DNA of 64,000 nucleotides from an uncultured Gemmatimonadaceae bacterium (GCA_964578865.1 CAZOES010000002.1:31243-95242), one strand, 5' to 3'; shown: positions 1-9,357, counted from the stretch's first letter. The notes: generated by a model not told the origin, from the sequence alone. Numbers and translations are program-made.

Positions 1-1083
1 GCCGATGGGCTACGTGCTGCACCGGTAGGGAAGCCGGGCGGAAAGCCGGCGGCCAGGCCGGATCCCCTCGTTGCCGAGGCGCGCAGCCTGCGGGAGAAGG
101 CCCTGGCCTCGCTGAGAGACAAGTTCTGGCTGCCGGAGCAGGGGATGTACGCCTTTGCTCTGCTCGAGGGCGGCACGGTTCGGTCCGATCTCACGGTCTG
201 GCCGGCCACGGCAATGAGCTTCGGTCTGTTCGACGAGACCAGGGGGACCCAGACCGCCAGCGCTCAGGCGGGCGCCGCCCTCTTCACCGATTGGGGCGCT
301 CGGTCCCTGGGATCTACCAGTCAGTTATTCGATCCACTGCACTACAACAACGGCACGGTGTGGCCCTTCGTGACCGGCTTTGCCGCATTGGCCCAATATC
401 GGTATCACAATCCGGTAGCCGGATTTCAGGGGCTGATGGCGCTGGTGCGGAGTGGCTCGATCGACGGGTTGGGCCGCAATCCCGAGGTGTTCGCGGGTAT
501 GCAGAACGAGCCGTTGGAGACCGCAGTACCTCAACAGTTCTTCGGAACCTCATTTCTACCGACGGTCTTTGTGCGCGGCCTGCTGGGGTGGGAGCCCGAT
601 GCGCCCAGGAATACGGTACGCCTGGCTCCTCAGCTTCCCGCCGAGTGGGACACCCTCACGGTTTCGAATCTGGCGATGGGCGACCGGCGCTATCAGATCG
701 GACTGAGAAAGACACCTCGAGAGTTGCGTCTCTCGATCCGGAGGACTGCGGGGGACAAAGCTGCGGTCGACACCCTGCTCTTGCCCTCGGGTACGGTTCT
801 CCTCCGGGGTGAGCCGGCTCAAGCGACCATTCCCAACCCTGCGGGGTACGAGGTGATCCTGCCTCCCTATCACCCGGTTCGGGGCGGACGGTCCACCGGC
901 CTGCGGATGGTGGGAACCCGTCGGGTCGGAGACACGATTGTCGTTCTACTGGATGGGCCGGCCGGTCTTTCGACCGCGATTCGGGTGCGGCGCGATGCCG
1001 AACGGGAAATCCCGGTGAAGTTCCCCGATGTGGGTGACTCGATCGATGGCTATTCTCGCGCCGAAGTACAGATTGTTCCCTGA
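1..1083 (+). CDS. Glycogen-debranching/amylo-alpha-1,6-glucosidase-like glycoside hydrolase, 5'-truncated by the window edge
   Basis: Frame is open from base 1 (ADGLRAAP...FWLPEQGMYAF). HYNNGTVWPFVTGFAALAQYRY resembles the YHNGxVWP motif of (alpha/alpha)6 GDE-like hydrolases; beta-rich C-terminal domain. Confidence 0.7.
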   Translation, partial: ADGLRAAPVGKPGGKPAARPDPLVAEARSLREKALASLRDKFWLPEQGMYAFALLEGGTVRSDLTVWPATAMSFGLFDETRGTQTASAQAGAALFTDWGARSLGSTSQLFDPLHYNNGTVWPFVTGFAALAQYRYHNPVAGFQGLMALVRSGSIDGLGRNPEVFAGMQNEPLETAVPQQFFGTSFLPTVFVRGLLGWEPDAPRNTVRLAPQLPAEWDTLTVSNLAMGDRRYQIGLRKTPRELRLSIRRTAGDKAAVDTLLLPSGTVLLRGEPAQATIPNPAGYEVILPPYHPVRGGRSTGLRMVGTRRVGDTIVVLLDGPAGLSTAIRVRRDAEREIPVKFPDVGDSIDGYSRAEVQIVP

Positions 1084-1104
1084 ATACTCGAATAGAGAAG
1101 CGCT

Positions 1105-1647
1105 ATGACCGTGATCTTTCTGGCCAGCCCCGAGCAGTTGGCCATGGACGACTTTATTCAGCAGGATGACCCGCCGAAAGATCCCAATACCGGCGAGGAA
1201 GTCTCCCTGCTCACCAACTTCGAATGGGATTGGCCCGCGGGAAAGAAGCCGGTCAAGGTGGGGACCATGCTGGCCTTCCCTGATATGACGCTGATGATCA
1301 ACCCCGATTGCGCCATCTGGAAGGAGTCCAAGGCGCTGACGGACGACAAGGTGGCGGAAGAGGTCCTCTCCCATGAGCAAGTCCACTACGACATCGCCCG
1401 GGCGATTGGCCGGGTAGTCGCCAGGAAACTGGAGGCACTCCGGGCCAAGACGGTGGCCGATCTGGACAATGCCGCCGATGCCTTACTGCACTATCACTTC
1501 CGGAGACGGGGCCCGCTGATCCATAAGACCTACGACAAGGAAACCGAGCACGGGAAGGTCAAGGACAATCAGGCTATCTGGAAACAGGCGATCAAGACAA
1601 CTCTGGCCAACAAGAACGCGCTCCAGATCAGAGGCTGGTGGTTGTAG
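1105..1647 (+). CDS. DUF922-like putative Zn-dependent protease
   Basis: HEQVHYDIA (HExxH) followed by YDKETEHG...Q..W, the pattern I recognise for DUF922. Confidence 0.6.
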   Translation: MTVIFLASPEQLAMDDFIQQDDPPKDPNTGEEVSLLTNFEWDWPAGKKPVKVGTMLAFPDMTLMINPDCAIWKESKALTDDKVAEEVLSHEQVHYDIARAIGRVVARKLEALRAKTVADLDNAADALLHYHFRRRGPLIHKTYDKETEHGKVKDNQAIWKQAIKTTLANKNALQIRGWWL

Positions 1648-1680
1648 CTTTCACCGCTCCGATTCCCGGCTGGAGCATTC

Positions 1681-3714
1681 ATGCTGTGCCTCCTCGCGAG
1701 CCTGCTGGCTCTCGGCGGTTCACCCTCGGTTGCCCCGGCTGACTCGCTTTACCAGTATACCACGACCAGGAGTTTTCTCCGGATGAAGGACGGCACCCGC
1801 CTGGCCGTCACCTGGTGGAAGCCGACTCCCAAGGTTGCCGACGAGAAGTTCCCCGCGCTGCTGGAATACCTCCCCTATCGCAAGGAAGACTCGTTCTACG
1901 CGCGGGATTTCCCGCTGTACGACTACTTCGTGCGGCGCGGGTTCCTCATGGCCAAGGTCGATATCAGGGGGACCGGCGGATCGGATGGGCCGCTGCCGGC
2001 GCGAGAGTACTCCGAACCGGAACTGGACGACGCGGTGGAGATTATCGCTCAGCTGGCGAGGCAACCGCTATCCAATGGGAATGTGGGGATGTGGGGCATC
2101 TCCTGGGGCGGCTTCAACGCCATCCAGATGGCCATGCGGCAGCCCCCCGGGCTGAAGGCAATCATCGCACTGCATGCCACCGACGATCTCTTCCACGATG
2201 ACGTGCGCTACATCGACGGAGGACTGCACATCGATCTCTACACCCTGGAGATCGATCACGAAAACGCCCTCCCCCGCACGCCCGACTATGCCATCGACTC
2301 GGCCTACTTCAAGAACCGGTTCGAGGCTTATCCCTGGGTTCTGACCTATCTCAAGCAGCAGGCCGACGGACCGTTCTGGAGGAAGAACGGGCTGCGCTAC
2401 AATACCGATCGGCTGAAGATTCCCGCCTACCTGATTGGCGGACTGCTCGATGGGTACCGGGACATGCCGCTCCGAGCCCTGGAGTATCTCAAGGGTCCGG
2501 TGAAGGTCGAGATCGGCCCGTGGAACCACAGCTGGCCGGACGACGGGACGCCCGGGCCTAACTATGAGTGGCGCAGCCGCGCGGTCCGCTGGTGGAATCA
2601 GTGGTTGAGAGGACAGGACAGCGGACTAATGGAGGAACCGAGGCTGCTGGTATTTCAGCGGGAAGGACATCCTCCCAATCGCAATCTCGAGATGACGCCG
2701 GGAAGCTGGCGATTCGAGGACTGGCCGGTGAAGGGGAGCCGGCGTGAATCCCTGTTTCCGTCGCCCGCCGGCCTGGTACCGAGTGACAGTGGAGCTCGCC
2801 CGAGTGAAGTGAGTCTGGCATACCGGCCTGGCTCCGGTACCACCGTGGGCGATTGGTGGGGTGAGCCCTCGGCCGACCTGCGGACCGACGATGCCGAGAG
2901 TCTGGTGTTCGACGGTCAACCGCTCGACTCGGCGATGACAATTCTGGGATTCCCCCGGGTACGAGTCCGGGCTGTTGCCGGAGCGGAGCTGCTCAACTGG
3001 ACCGCGCGCCTGGAAGATGTGGCCCCCGATGGAGCAGTTTCACTGGTGGCAGGCGCGGTACTCAACGGAACCCAATACCGCTCGACCACCCGGCCCGAGC
3101 GTCTCAAACCAGGCCAGGTCTACGACTTCGACTGGAATCTCCACTTCACCACCTGGAGCTTCCGCCCCGGACATCGTATCCGGTTGGCGCTATCGAACGC
3201 CCAATTCCCCATGATCTGGCCAACTCCCTATCCGATGACGACCCGGGTCTCGCTTGGTTCGGCCGCGACGTCGCTGGAGTTGCCGGTGGTTCCGGCGCAA
3301 AGCGCCTACCCCAGTCCGACCTTGCCCACCCCGGAACCGCGCAGCCGCCGCCCCGATGTGAGGGACTACCCTTCCGAGGGCGCCGTTGAGCGGATCACTC
3401 GCGATCAGCTGACGGGGACTACCGAGATGCTGTTCGGTAACTCGGCTTCCTGGACCATCGGCAAGGTTCGCTATGACTATCAGGAGCGGCAAAGTTACCG
3501 GACGAACGATGAGGACCCAGCACGCACGGGGTTTCTGGGAGTGGAGTTCCACCGGATCCGGCCACCCGGGCGAGACCTGCGGCTCACCACCACTATCGAT
3601 ATCCAGTCCGATTCCACTGCCTTCAACGTGGTGGTGACCCGAGTGCTCCGAAGCGGCGGCAAGGAGGTTGGCCGAAAGGTGTGGAAAGAGGCCGTAGCGA
3701 GGCTGTGGCACTGA
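1681..3714 (+). CDS. CocE/NonD family serine hydrolase (peptidase S15-like), secreted
   Basis: Signal peptide; RLAV..WKP, YLPYRK, VDIRGTGGSDG, nucleophile GISWGG, IGPWNH, C-terminal PepX-like domain. Confidence 0.85.
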   Translation: MLCLLASLLALGGSPSVAPADSLYQYTTTRSFLRMKDGTRLAVTWWKPTPKVADEKFPALLEYLPYRKEDSFYARDFPLYDYFVRRGFLMAKVDIRGTGGSDGPLPAREYSEPELDDAVEIIAQLARQPLSNGNVGMWGISWGGFNAIQMAMRQPPGLKAIIALHATDDLFHDDVRYIDGGLHIDLYTLEIDHENALPRTPDYAIDSAYFKNRFEAYPWVLTYLKQQADGPFWRKNGLRYNTDRLKIPAYLIGGLLDGYRDMPLRALEYLKGPVKVEIGPWNHSWPDDGTPGPNYEWRSRAVRWWNQWLRGQDSGLMEEPRLLVFQREGHPPNRNLEMTPGSWRFEDWPVKGSRRESLFPSPAGLVPSDSGARPSEVSLAYRPGSGTTVGDWWGEPSADLRTDDAESLVFDGQPLDSAMTILGFPRVRVRAVAGAELLNWTARLEDVAPDGAVSLVAGAVLNGTQYRSTTRPERLKPGQVYDFDWNLHFTTWSFRPGHRIRLALSNAQFPMIWPTPYPMTTRVSLGSAATSLELPVVPAQSAYPSPTLPTPEPRSRRPDVRDYPSEGAVERITRDQLTGTTEMLFGNSASWTIGKVRYDYQERQSYRTNDEDPARTGFLGVEFHRIRPPGRDLRLTTTIDIQSDSTAFNVVVTRVLRSGGKEVGRKVWKEAVARLWH

Positions 3715-4094
3715 TGGAAACGCTGGAAGGTTGCCCCCGATGCTGGCCGGCGGAGGCCGAGGCGGCCTGGGAATGCCGGAAGTCGCTGGCAAGGGTGAAT
3801 GAGCTGATTGACGAGAGTCATTTCATGGTCGCGCTGCTTGCGTGTCCTGAATGCTCTCAGCACTTCATCTCCGTGTTTGTCGAAGATGTCGACTGGGTCG
3901 ATGGCGACGACCCGCAGTACTGGAGTGTGATGCCGGTGAGAATGTCTGAATCCACCAGCCTGGTGATCGAAAGTCCCGGTCTGATGCTGGCTTCACTCGC
4001 GCGGCTCAGCTCGACTCGCCGTTGTCTCCACCGGGATTGCCCCAAGGGCACACCCTGCCGCATCAGTTGGAGGGAGGGGTTGCGGCTGGAGTAG
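3714..4094 (+). CDS. Hypothetical Cys-rich protein, putative Zn-binding
   Basis: ATG at 3714 overlaps the upstream TGA. CPRC and CPEC pairs plus further C/H; acidic DWVDGDDPQYW. Confidence 0.65.
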   Translation: METLEGCPRCWPAEAEAAWECRKSLARVNELIDESHFMVALLACPECSQHFISVFVEDVDWVDGDDPQYWSVMPVRMSESTSLVIESPGLMLASLARLSSTRRCLHRDCPKGTPCRISWREGLRLE

Positions 4095-4114
4095 ATGCAT
4101 CCGTTTCTGTTCTG

Positions 4115-4246
4115 GGTTCGGTCGCGAAGTACCCGGAACCACGGCTTCAACCCGAAGCACCGGTCGGGCTATTCGTGACTCCGCAGTAAGGCCGTGACCC
4201 CGGTCCTTCGGGTGATGGAAGACACACCCTCGCACCCCGCCGATCC
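4115..4246. ncRNA. Candidate structured RNA (rod with central bubble; 6S-like shape, family unassigned)
   Basis: In a 290-bp intergenic gap ACCCGAAGCACCGG (4150-4163) pairs with CCGGTCCTTCGGGT (4200-4213) with one mismatch; outer stems GGTTCGG/CCGATCC and GCGAAG/CCTCGC. Folded by eye only. Confidence 0.3.
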
Positions 4247-4296
4247 TCTGGCGTCTTCTGCCGGGGGGGCTGATACCGGCCCTCGGTCTATGATGT

Positions 4297-4321
4297 TAAA
4301 TCGTTGATTATGAACAACTTG
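4297..4321. promoter_or_regulatory. AT-rich 25-bp quasi-palindrome containing an IHF-consensus site
   Basis: TAAATCGTTGATTATGAACAACTTG; the minus strand of 4297-4309 reads AATCAACGATTTA, matching WATCAANNNNTTR. Related motif at 39654-39678. Confidence 0.45.
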
Positions 4322-4352
4322 GGCGTGTGGGCGTCGTGGTCTAGGGCTTGCT

Positions 4353-4374
4353 TCCGGTGACTGGTATCACCGGA
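4353..4374. promoter_or_regulatory. Inverted repeat overlapping the RBS of the Ig/TolB-like gene
   Basis: TCCGGTGA-CTGGTA-TCACCGGA; GGAG at 4372-4375 overlaps the right arm. Confidence 0.35.
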
Positions 4375-4384
4375 GAGTCCAAAG

Positions 4385-6655
4385 ATGATGACCCGCATGC
4401 GTTTCGCCCTCGCGGCGCTGGCACTTCTGTCGGCCTCGCGGCTGGCGGCCCAGAACGTCACCGAACTCTATGTCACGCCCGACACCATCCGGCTCGAGGC
4501 CGGCCAGCGTCAGGGGCTGACGGTGCAGGCCTTCGACGAGTCGGGCAATGCCATCCTCGCAATCAAGTTCCAGATCAAAGACACCACCATCGCCAAGGTG
4601 GCGGCCAACGGTACCGTGAGTGCCGGCCGTCGGGGCCGGACCACGCTCGCGGTTCAAGCCGGGCAGAAGAGTCACTCGGTGCTGATCCTGGTAGCCGGTC
4701 CGGCCGCTGCCCCGGTGGCCACTGCCTCGGCTCCGGTACCGACCCAGGTGGCGAGTGCCAGCAGCCAGACGGTCAGTGCGGGAATGTCTCCACCGCCGGT
4801 GTCCGATATCGTCAAGCTGGTGGCTGAGCCCGCCAGCCTCACGCTGCTCCCAACCGAGAAATCTTCCATCCGGATCACCGCGCTCCGGGCCGACGGGAGT
4901 ACGGTCGCTTCACCCGAGTTGATCTGGCGTTCGCTTCAGCCCGGTATCGCTACCCTTACCGACTCGGCCGGCACTGTCGCCGGTATTGCCAGCGGTACCG
5001 CGGTGATCCAGGTGATCGCCTCCAGCGGTGCCACCGTCAGCGTGCCGATCTCGGTGGCCCTGACCCAGTTTGCCCTCAGCAGCGACAACCTGCTGCTCTC
5101 TCCCGGTGAGGCCGACACCCTTCGCGCCACCGTGCCGGCGCTGGCCAATCGTCCGCTCGCCGCCTCCAATTTTCAGTGGAGCGCCGAGGATCCGGCGGTG
5201 CTGGAGGTGACCGAAGGCGGAATCATTCGGGCCATTGCGCCCGGTCGCACCGATGTTGTGGTTCGGGGCTTCCTGCAGGAGCGGCGAATTCCGGTGATCG
5301 TGCACCGGCACGTGTCCCACTTCGTGGTGGCACCCAGAATCACCGAGCGGGTCCGGATCCCGGTGCAGACTACCCGGGAGTTCACCCTGATTCCCCAGAC
5401 CGCGGACTCGGTGCCGATCGAAGGTGTGCCGATCTCCTGGAGCGTCTCGGACACCGCGGTGGCCGGCTTCGATCCCGCGACCGGCATCCTCACGGCCAAA
5501 CGTCCGGGAACTACGGCGCTCACCTTTGCAGCCCGGGGATTCGTCCCCAAAGGCTGGACCATCGAAGTAATTCCCGGTGCGATCGCGCTCTCCAAGACCC
5601 GGTTGGCCATGCGCCCGGGCGAGAAGGTTCCCCTCAGCGCCAGTTTCGTCGACGATCAGGGCAAGGCGATCGGTATCGCCACCGGACTCGAGTGGATCAC
5701 CAACAATTCCGCCGTGGCCCGAGTCACGCCCGACGGCAGCGTCGAAGCGCTCACGCCCGGGCGAGCCACCATCTCGGCCCAGCCGAGGGGGGGCCAGCCG
5801 GTGAGCGCCATGGTCATGGTGACCGGTGATCTGCTGGTCTCTTCCACCCGGGGCGGGAAATACGGCATCTACACTCTGGTGAGCGGGGCGCCGGAAACCT
5901 TCCTGCCGGTAGTGGCCGACAGCTTCGCCAACAGTGTGGACGGGGTGTATTCACCCGACCGCACCCGCATGCTGTTCAGTTCAGACCGGTTTGGCAGCAA
6001 CAACTTCGACATCTTCGTAGCCGATGCCGATGGCAAGAACCCGGTGCGGCTCACCACCGATCCGGCGGTCGACCAGCAGCCGGTGTGGACTCCCGACGGG
6101 GCCCACGTAGTGTTCGTCTCGGGACGAAGCGGTGTCCGTCAGCTCTACGTGATGAACATCGACGGCACCGAAGTCCGCCAGCTCAGCAGCGTGACCGGCG
6201 GAGCCGAACAGCCGGCGGTTTCGCCAGACGGCCAGCGGGTGGCCTTCACCGGCTATCCCGGCGCCAGGGACGGCCAGACCGAGATCTTCGCGATGCCTTA
6301 CGATGGTGGTCAGGCGGTCCCGGTGACCACCAGCAAGGATCGCCGGGAAGATCGGCCCTTCTTCTTTGCCAATGGTGACATTGGCTGGGTGGAGCAGCGC
6401 AAGGACAAGAACGAACCGGATCGGGTGGTCCGTCAGGGCGGCGCGACGGTTCCGGCGGTGTTGAGCAGCGATCTCTCGGTGCAGGATGTGGCGCTTTCCC
6501 GCGACGGGGCCCGGATCGCCTGGGTCGCGACTCGTCCTTCCGAACGCAATCGCAACACCCTCGAGTTTACATTCCAGTGGCGCACCCTTGCGAGCGGCGC
6601 TGAAACCAGCGTCCGGTTACTCCCGGGAGAACGGATCACCAGCCCCGCCTTTTGA
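4385..6655 (+). CDS. Secreted protein with tandem Ig-like (BIG2) domains and a C-terminal TolB-like (PD40) propeller
   Basis: Signal peptide; repeated W.S...VA.V...G.V.A...G.T.I units; SPDRTR, TPDGAH, SPDGQR, SRDGAR PD40 repeats. Confidence 0.8.
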   Translation: MMTRMRFALAALALLSASRLAAQNVTELYVTPDTIRLEAGQRQGLTVQAFDESGNAILAIKFQIKDTTIAKVAANGTVSAGRRGRTTLAVQAGQKSHSVLILVAGPAAAPVATASAPVPTQVASASSQTVSAGMSPPPVSDIVKLVAEPASLTLLPTEKSSIRITALRADGSTVASPELIWRSLQPGIATLTDSAGTVAGIASGTAVIQVIASSGATVSVPISVALTQFALSSDNLLLSPGEADTLRATVPALANRPLAASNFQWSAEDPAVLEVTEGGIIRAIAPGRTDVVVRGFLQERRIPVIVHRHVSHFVVAPRITERVRIPVQTTREFTLIPQTADSVPIEGVPISWSVSDTAVAGFDPATGILTAKRPGTTALTFAARGFVPKGWTIEVIPGAIALSKTRLAMRPGEKVPLSASFVDDQGKAIGIATGLEWITNNSAVARVTPDGSVEALTPGRATISAQPRGGQPVSAMVMVTGDLLVSSTRGGKYGIYTLVSGAPETFLPVVADSFANSVDGVYSPDRTRMLFSSDRFGSNNFDIFVADADGKNPVRLTTDPAVDQQPVWTPDGAHVVFVSGRSGVRQLYVMNIDGTEVRQLSSVTGGAEQPAVSPDGQRVAFTGYPGARDGQTEIFAMPYDGGQAVPVTTSKDRREDRPFFFANGDIGWVEQRKDKNEPDRVVRQGGATVPAVLSSDLSVQDVALSRDGARIAWVATRPSERNRNTLEFTFQWRTLASGAETSVRLLPGERITSPAF

Positions 6656-7689
6656 GAGCGCTGACCCTCACTGCCACCGGCAGCCTCGATCATCTTCGCG
6701 TTCAAGACCTGCCGGTGCCTCCGCTGGAGGCACCGGATCAGGTTCGAGTCCGAATCCATTCCGCCGCACTCAATCGTCTCGACCTCTGGGTGATCGATGG
6801 CATCCCGGGGGTGGAGTACCGCTTTCCCCGGATTGTCGGTTCCGACGGGGCCGGGATCGTTGATGAGATTGGCTCGGAGGTCGAGGGTTTTCGTCGGGGC
6901 GACCGGGTAATGATCAACCCGGGCATTTCCTGCGGGCAATGCGAATGGTGTCTGGCCGGGGAGCAGCCGCTCTGTCCCAGTTTCCAGGTTCTGGGCGAGC
7001 ACCGCGACGGCACCCTGGCCGAGTTTGTGGTGGTGCCTCAGCGGAACCTGGCCCGGGTTCCCCAAGGAATGTCGTGGGCCCAGGCGGCGGCTTTTCCCCT
7101 GGCGACACTGACCGCGTGGCGGATGCTCACCACCAGAGCCGGACTCAAGCCGGGAGAGAAAATCCTGATCTGGGGAATCGGCGGTGGCGTAGCCCTCGCG
7201 TCACTTGCGATCGCCCGGCATCTTGGGGCCAGTCCGATTGTCACCAGCTCATCACCGGCCAAACTGGACCGGGCCAGGGAACTGGGGGCCGAGATCGGAA
7301 TCAATCACGCGACCCAGAATGTGGCCCAGGAGATCCGCGCCCTCACCGGCAAACGGGGCGTGAACGTGGTGGTGGACACGGTGGGCGAGAAGACCTGGGA
7401 GCAATCGCTGCGTTGTCTCGGCCGCCTCGGCCGGCTGGTCACCTGCGGCGGAACTACCGGCCCGATGGTCACCACCGACGTTCGCAAGTTGTTCTGGTAT
7501 CAATGGTCGATTCTCGGTTCGACCATGGGTACCGACCAGGAGTTCGGTCAGATCGTCGAGCTGGCGGGTCAGGGAAAGTTGTGGCCTCAGCTCGACGCGG
7601 TGTTTCCCTTCGCGCAATCAGGGACCGCTTTCGAGCGGCTCAAGAGCGGTGAGCAGCTGGGCAAGGTCGTCATCGAGGTGACTCAATGA
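6652..7689 (+). CDS. Zinc-binding MDR oxidoreductase (quinone oxidoreductase/ADH family)
   Basis: TTG start overlapping the upstream TGA; structural Zn CGQCEWC...C; GIGGGV Rossmann motif; GSTMG; the catalytic Zn motif is replaced by GSD. Confidence 0.85.
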   Translation: MRALTLTATGSLDHLRVQDLPVPPLEAPDQVRVRIHSAALNRLDLWVIDGIPGVEYRFPRIVGSDGAGIVDEIGSEVEGFRRGDRVMINPGISCGQCEWCLAGEQPLCPSFQVLGEHRDGTLAEFVVVPQRNLARVPQGMSWAQAAAFPLATLTAWRMLTTRAGLKPGEKILIWGIGGGVALASLAIARHLGASPIVTSSSPAKLDRARELGAEIGINHATQNVAQEIRALTGKRGVNVVVDTVGEKTWEQSLRCLGRLGRLVTCGGTTGPMVTTDVRKLFWYQWSILGSTMGTDQEFGQIVELAGQGKLWPQLDAVFPFAQSGTAFERLKSGEQLGKVVIEVTQ

Positions 7690-8423
7690 GAGAATTGTGG
7701 GATCGGCTGCTGATCGGCTGGGGTGAACTGCTGGAGGTATTGCCCGGCCTGATCGCCGCGGCGGTCATCATGCTGGCGGGATATTTTCTGGCCCGGTCGC
7801 TCCAGCGCTGGACCGACAAGACCCTCGAGAAACTTCACTTCAAGCGGCTGGCCGATGCCGGCGGTCTCACGGAAGCGGCAGGCCGGGTGCGGATGGATCC
7901 GGTGCGGGCGGTGGGCAAGCTGGTCTTCTGGCTCACCATGCTGGTGGCGGTGCTGCTGGCCAGTTCAGCCCTCGGCCTGGAGAACGTGCGCGAGATGTTC
8001 GGCCGGATGCTGAGCTTCATCCCTACGCTGATCTCCGCCACCGTCATCATCATCCTCGGTATGATTGTCGGAGAGTTCGTCCGGGCTCTCATCGTCGCTT
8101 CGGCCGGAGTCGTGGAGGGTGTCAATACCGTTGCCAAGATCATCAAAGGCGTCATGGTGATGATCGCGGTGTTCATGGCGTTACAGCAGGTGGGTGTGAG
8201 CGAGGAGATCGTTACCTCCGCTTTTACTCTGATCCTCGGATCGATCGCGCTGGCGGCGGGGCTCGCGTTCGGGCTGGGCAACCGGGACCTGGCCGGGGAC
8301 ATCACCAGGAAGTGGTACGAAGAGGGCCAGCGGCGGAATCGCCGGAAGACCGATCCGCCGGAACCGCTCCCTGGCGATTCTTACCCTGACCGGAGGGATA
8401 AACCGGACGACGCTGCCAGGTAG
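7686..8423 (+). CDS. Small-conductance mechanosensitive channel-related membrane protein (TM-helix repeat, CmpX-like)
   Basis: Five hydrophobic helices; LSFIP.LI.A..I, ALQQVGV, GLAFGLG; no MscS cytoplasmic cage. Confidence 0.7.
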   Translation: MRELWDRLLIGWGELLEVLPGLIAAAVIMLAGYFLARSLQRWTDKTLEKLHFKRLADAGGLTEAAGRVRMDPVRAVGKLVFWLTMLVAVLLASSALGLENVREMFGRMLSFIPTLISATVIIILGMIVGEFVRALIVASAGVVEGVNTVAKIIKGVMVMIAVFMALQQVGVSEEIVTSAFTLILGSIALAAGLAFGLGNRDLAGDITRKWYEEGQRRNRRKTDPPEPLPGDSYPDRRDKPDDAAR

Positions 8424-8427
8424 GGAT

Positions 8428-9357
8428 TCAGGGCCGAGCTGAGTCCACCGTTACGCTGTCTCCCACCGTGAATCGCATCAGGTCTTCTCCCAGCACCAAC
8501 GGCCCCCTGTAGCCGGCGCGGGTCAGGGGCAGCAACTCCGAGGCTGGCATCCCCGGGCGCAGAACGATGTGGGAGTACGCTGCCAGCTTCGGCCGGGTAC
8601 GGCTGAAGACCTCGGCTGCCTGGATCGGAGTAGTGTGGTGGGCCAGTACGCTTCGGCTCAGCGGGCTTGCGGCGTACTCCTGCGGGGTGGCCGCGGCGAC
8701 TTCATGCACCAGGAGATCGACCCCCTGAGCGTGAGCGATCAGGTTGGTGGAGGGGCGGGTGTCGCCGGACAGCACTACCGAATGGCCCCGATAGTCGATC
8801 CGATAGCCGAGGGCGGGCCGGATTGGGGCGTGGTCAACATCGAAGGCGGTGACCTTGACTCCGGCGCTGTCGAACACAGTGCCTTCGGCGATCTCGATCG
8901 CTTCGAGGGCGCTTCCGCTGGTTGGGGCTTTATCGTCCGATATCCGGATCTGTTGGTCGAAGGCGAATGCAGCTTGCAGGTGAGCCGCCAGATCCCTGGT
9001 GCCGGCCGGTCCCCAGACCCGGAGCGGATTGGTCCGCCTGGCTACCAGCCACCCGGTGAGCCACAGATCGGGGAGCCCGACCACATGATCGGAGTGAAGG
9101 TGGGTGAGAAACACGCCAGTGACCTGTTCGAAGCCGACCCCTATCTGGGCCAGACGCTGAGTGGCGCCGCGACCGGCATCGAACACGAATTTGATCGGGC
9201 CGGCTTCGACCAGAGTACTTGGCCCAAACCGATCAATGGCCGGTTTAGGAGTTCCGGTTCCCAGCAGGGTGACCCGGAAATCGGGGGTCTGAGCGGCGAG
9301 AAGCTGAACCATCCCAGCGGCAAGCGCTGGCAATACTACCCGGACGATTCGCCCCAT
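8428..9357 (-). CDS. MBL-fold metallohydrolase, RNase Z/AtsA-like, with signal peptide
   Basis: LLGTGTP, FDAGRG, THLHSDH, DVDH, SGDT, LVHE, HHTTP, SH. Confidence 0.85.
   Translation of the reverse strand: MGRIVRVVLPALAAGMVQLLAAQTPDFRVTLLGTGTPKPAIDRFGPSTLVEAGPIKFVFDAGRGATQRLAQIGVGFEQVTGVFLTHLHSDHVVGLPDLWLTGWLVARRTNPLRVWGPAGTRDLAAHLQAAFAFDQQIRISDDKAPTSGSALEAIEIAEGTVFDSAGVKVTAFDVDHAPIRPALGYRIDYRGHSVVLSGDTRPSTNLIAHAQGVDLLVHEVAAATPQEYAASPLSRSVLAHHTTPIQAAEVFSRTRPKLAAYSHIVLRPGMPASELLPLTRAGYRGPLVLGEDLMRFTVGDSVTVDSARP

Noticed and set aside
4266-4290. GGGGCTGAT resembling a tmRNA 5' end
   Set aside because: Not followed by GGATTCGAC-like sequence; downstream DNA is coding from 4385 and no tRNA-like 3' end was found.
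4385-6655. tolB gene call for this protein and for 50859-51656
   Set aside because: PD40 repeats only; no TolB N-domain context and no tolQRA/pal neighbours.
6741-6752. GGTTCGAGTCC, tRNA T-loop-like
   Set aside because: Inside the oxidoreductase CDS with no cloverleaf around it.
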